A stretch of 64,000 nt of DNA from NCBI GenBank assembly GCA_038062295.1, contig JBBTXL010000008.1, positions 1,430 through 65,429 of the forward strand. The letters are read 5' to 3'. Source of the DNA: Patescibacteria group bacterium. GTDB taxonomy: Bacteria > Patescibacteriota > Minisyncoccia > GWC2-36-17 > WO2-46-25. The notes under the pieces were generated by a model that did not search any database, had not been told where the DNA came from, and saw nothing but the letters and a program-made list of their open reading frames with translations. Below are positions 59,119-64,000 of this stretch, one piece after another. Made by a program: the position numbers and the translations under genes. The first letter of the stretch is position 1; each line of letters begins with the position of its first letter.

Positions 59119-59220
59119 TTTTTTCTTCTTACATGATCCCTCGGAAACGAGGGGTCATGTTTTTTATCCCACTGTACAATATCGTTTTTTTACGATATAT
59201 TGGAGATAACTTCTCTCCCC

Positions 59221-59640
59221 ATGAAAATAGACATCAAAACGACACACATAGACCTCACTCCCGCACTGACCGAGTTTATTGAGGAAAAGATAGGGTCCCT
59301 TGATAAGTTCATGCCGCGACATTTTGCTCCGCCGGCCGGCGGACACGGCAGCGGGCAGGAAACGATACAGGCGTTTGTGGAGATCGCCCGTACGACGACG
59401 CATCATCGTCATGGCGGGGTGTTTCGTGCCGAGGTGAACATGAAAGTCGGTGGCCGCGTTATTCGCGCTGCGCAAGAGGGCCAGGACATACGCGCGGCGA
59501 TCGACGGCGTGCGCGAGGAGTTAAAGCTGGAGCTGCAGAAAGAGAAAGGCATTTCGGAGTCAAAATTTCGCAAGGGAGCGCGTGCGCTCAAACGGCTGAC
59601 CTCCATTTCTCCCATGGCGTGGTTTCGCAAAGAAAAGTAA
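59221..59640 (+). CDS. hpf: Ribosome hibernation promoting factor (HPF/RaiA)
   Basis: IDLTPALTEFIEEKIGSLDKF; AAIDGV. Confidence 0.85.
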   Translation: MKIDIKTTHIDLTPALTEFIEEKIGSLDKFMPRHFAPPAGGHGSGQETIQAFVEIARTTTHHRHGGVFRAEVNMKVGGRVIRAAQEGQDIRAAIDGVREELKLELQKEKGISESKFRKGARALKRLTSISPMAWFRKEK

Positions 59641-59649
59641 AAGAGTTCT

Positions 59650-62292
<2,643 letters not shown>

Positions 62293-62380
62293 CATCTCGC
62301 AATCCTGAGCTTGTCGAAGGGTAAACGCTGTGGGCTTTTGGAGACAGAAGGGCACAAAAATTAACTGCACAAAAGTGAAA

Positions 62381-62965
62381 ATGAATTCTCAAAAGTTTAT
62401 AAATTTATTTGCAATAATCATCGCGCTTGGTCTTATCGGATTTTCTTTTTACTTCTCTAAAGAGAAAAATTACTCCATTGCCCCTGAAAGTGCTTTGGCC
62501 TCCCGTTTTAATGAATTCAGCCAGAAAGGGAATTCAACTTGTTCAGGAGTTTTTAAAGACTCCATAATGGGAATGACCAATGGAGACCACATTAAGGGAT
62601 CATGTTGCTCTCCGATGAGTATGCATAGATATGAGGAACAGGTGGAGGGTTTAAAAAAGTATGCGGATATACCCGAAATACCCCCCGATCCGTACGATGT
62701 CGATGCGGCTCTCGCAAAAGAATTGCTTGCGTATTATGATTTCCAGTTAGCTCCCGAGGAACAGGCGGCATATGACTATGCTATGAAGCATTCTCACGAA
62801 AATGGTCCGTGTTGTTGTAAGTGTTGGCGCTGGTATGTGTATGGCGGTTTGGCAAAGAAACTGATCAACGAACGGGGATTTGCTGGAGAACAAATTATAG
62901 ATGTATGGAATCTTTCCGACGGCTGTGGTGGCGAAGGAGAACATGTGCAAGAGCACCACATGTAA
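62381..62965 (+). CDS. Membrane-anchored Cys-rich hypothetical protein
   Basis: N-terminal TM; GSCCSP, GPCCCKCW, DGCG. Confidence 0.7.
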   Translation: MNSQKFINLFAIIIALGLIGFSFYFSKEKNYSIAPESALASRFNEFSQKGNSTCSGVFKDSIMGMTNGDHIKGSCCSPMSMHRYEEQVEGLKKYADIPEIPPDPYDVDAALAKELLAYYDFQLAPEEQAAYDYAMKHSHENGPCCCKCWRWYVYGGLAKKLINERGFAGEQIIDVWNLSDGCGGEGEHVQEHHM

Positions 62966-63092
62966 TTTTTTCAAAATGTTTAGACTTACTGATTTCCCAT
63001 CCGCATCGCCTATCAAGAAGTGTCATGGTAAATAATATAACAGAGGAAGTGAAGAGAAAAGGATTGCAGATTATTTCTCTTGAGTAGAGTAT

Positions 63093-63305
63093 ATGGAAAA
63101 TAAAATCAAACTCGGAAAATATCAACATTTCAAAGGTCACGACGTAAAAGTATTTGGCGTGGCAAAGCACAGCGAAGACCCGGAGCAGGAATTCGTCGTG
63201 TATGAGCATGACGGGCAACTATGGGTACGGCCGTTCGCGATGTTTTTAGAGGATGTGGAAGTAAACGGACAAAAGGTTCCGCGATTCAAATATGTCGGAG
63301 AGTAA
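63093..63305 (+). CDS. DUF1653 family protein
   Basis: GKYQHFKG...HSE...VVY...LWVRP..MF. Confidence 0.88.
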   Translation: MENKIKLGKYQHFKGHDVKVFGVAKHSEDPEQEFVVYEHDGQLWVRPFAMFLEDVEVNGQKVPRFKYVGE

Positions 63306-63729
63306 CAAAACAATCAAATTTTACGAAAAAGAGTATTACCTGCTGTCTAATTTTTCGGCGCATAAGGTGGTTTTCAAAGACAGAGAGTACATGACCGCGG
63401 AACACGCGTACCAGGCGGCGAAATTTGAGGACGAGCATCTCAAGGAAAAAATAAAGAATGCGCCCAGTGCCCGTCTCGCAAAGCATTACGGGCAGACAAA
63501 AACAGGAAGGAAAGGGCATCGCGACAAAGCAGCAACAATGAAAGAAATCTTGCGCGCAAAGCTTTTCCAACACGATGATGTGAAAGAAATGCTTGTAAAG
63601 TCAGGGAATGTTATTCTGGAAGAAAACAGCCCAACCGACTCCTTTTGGGGCACGGGCGAAGATGGTACCGGTGAAAATATGATGGGGAAGCTGTGGATGG
63701 AATTGCGGGAAGAAATGAGAAATAAATAA
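63292..63729 (+). CDS. NADAR (YbiA-like) family protein
   Basis: LSNF, TAEHAYQAAKF, ENSPTDSFWG, GENMMGKLWMELR. Confidence 0.9.
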   Translation: MSESNKTIKFYEKEYYLLSNFSAHKVVFKDREYMTAEHAYQAAKFEDEHLKEKIKNAPSARLAKHYGQTKTGRKGHRDKAATMKEILRAKLFQHDDVKEMLVKSGNVILEENSPTDSFWGTGEDGTGENMMGKLWMELREEMRNK

Positions 63730-63730
63730 T

Positions 63731-64000
63731 ATGCCTGCGCAAAAGATCAGTTTAGAGAATGCAAAACAAAACAAGCTATTTTATTTCGTCGCCAATGTGG
63801 TGGTGTACCGCGAAAGTGACGGCAGATGTCTTATCCTCAAGCGCGACGAGCGGGAGAAAGTGCACCCGGGGCGGTATGGCGTGCCGGGCGGGAAACTGGA
63901 GTGGGAGCAGTTTGATATTGCGCATCCCACTCGCGTGAACGGCGATGTACTGGATTTTGAAGATGCGGTAGAGGATTTATTGGTGCGGGAAGCAAGGGAA
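63731..64000 (+). CDS. NUDIX hydrolase, 3'-truncated by window edge
   Basis: CLILKRDEREKVHPGRYGVPGGKLEW...REARE. Confidence 0.7.
   Translation, partial: MPAQKISLENAKQNKLFYFVANVVVYRESDGRCLILKRDEREKVHPGRYGVPGGKLEWEQFDIAHPTRVNGDVLDFEDAVEDLLVREARE

Overview
Chromosomal window from a bacterium that looks like Patescibacteria/CPR (Parcubacteria-like). The assignment is inferred from gene repertoire: short RpoD, standalone PaaX/Cas2-like gene, large T/S/G-rich surface protein, O-antigen-ligase/TPR proteins, core genes mostly without Shine-Dalgarno motifs. Core genes: dnaG-rpoD, tRNA-Asn, obgE, sbcD/sbcC-like pair, CIRCE-groES-groEL, murB, hpf, secA. Highlights: (1) a ~10.2 kb AT-rich large-serine-recombinase island in tRNA-Asn, whose recombinase C-terminus would be swapped on excision and whose cargo includes a trypsin protease fused to a close copy of the host surface-protein C-terminus; (2) a six-gene SipW-type signal peptidase operon with four paralogs sharing an A(F/Y)EAHV(I/L)NV mature N-terminus, two with vWA domains, suggesting a TasA/archaeal-bundling-pilus-like fibre; (3) an orphan Pup gene ending in GGE; (4) a PaaX/Cas2-like gene bracketed by two copies of a 42-bp palindrome; (5) several candidate structured RNAs and tiny basic peptides. 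All family calls come from motif recognition by eye; no database searches were run.
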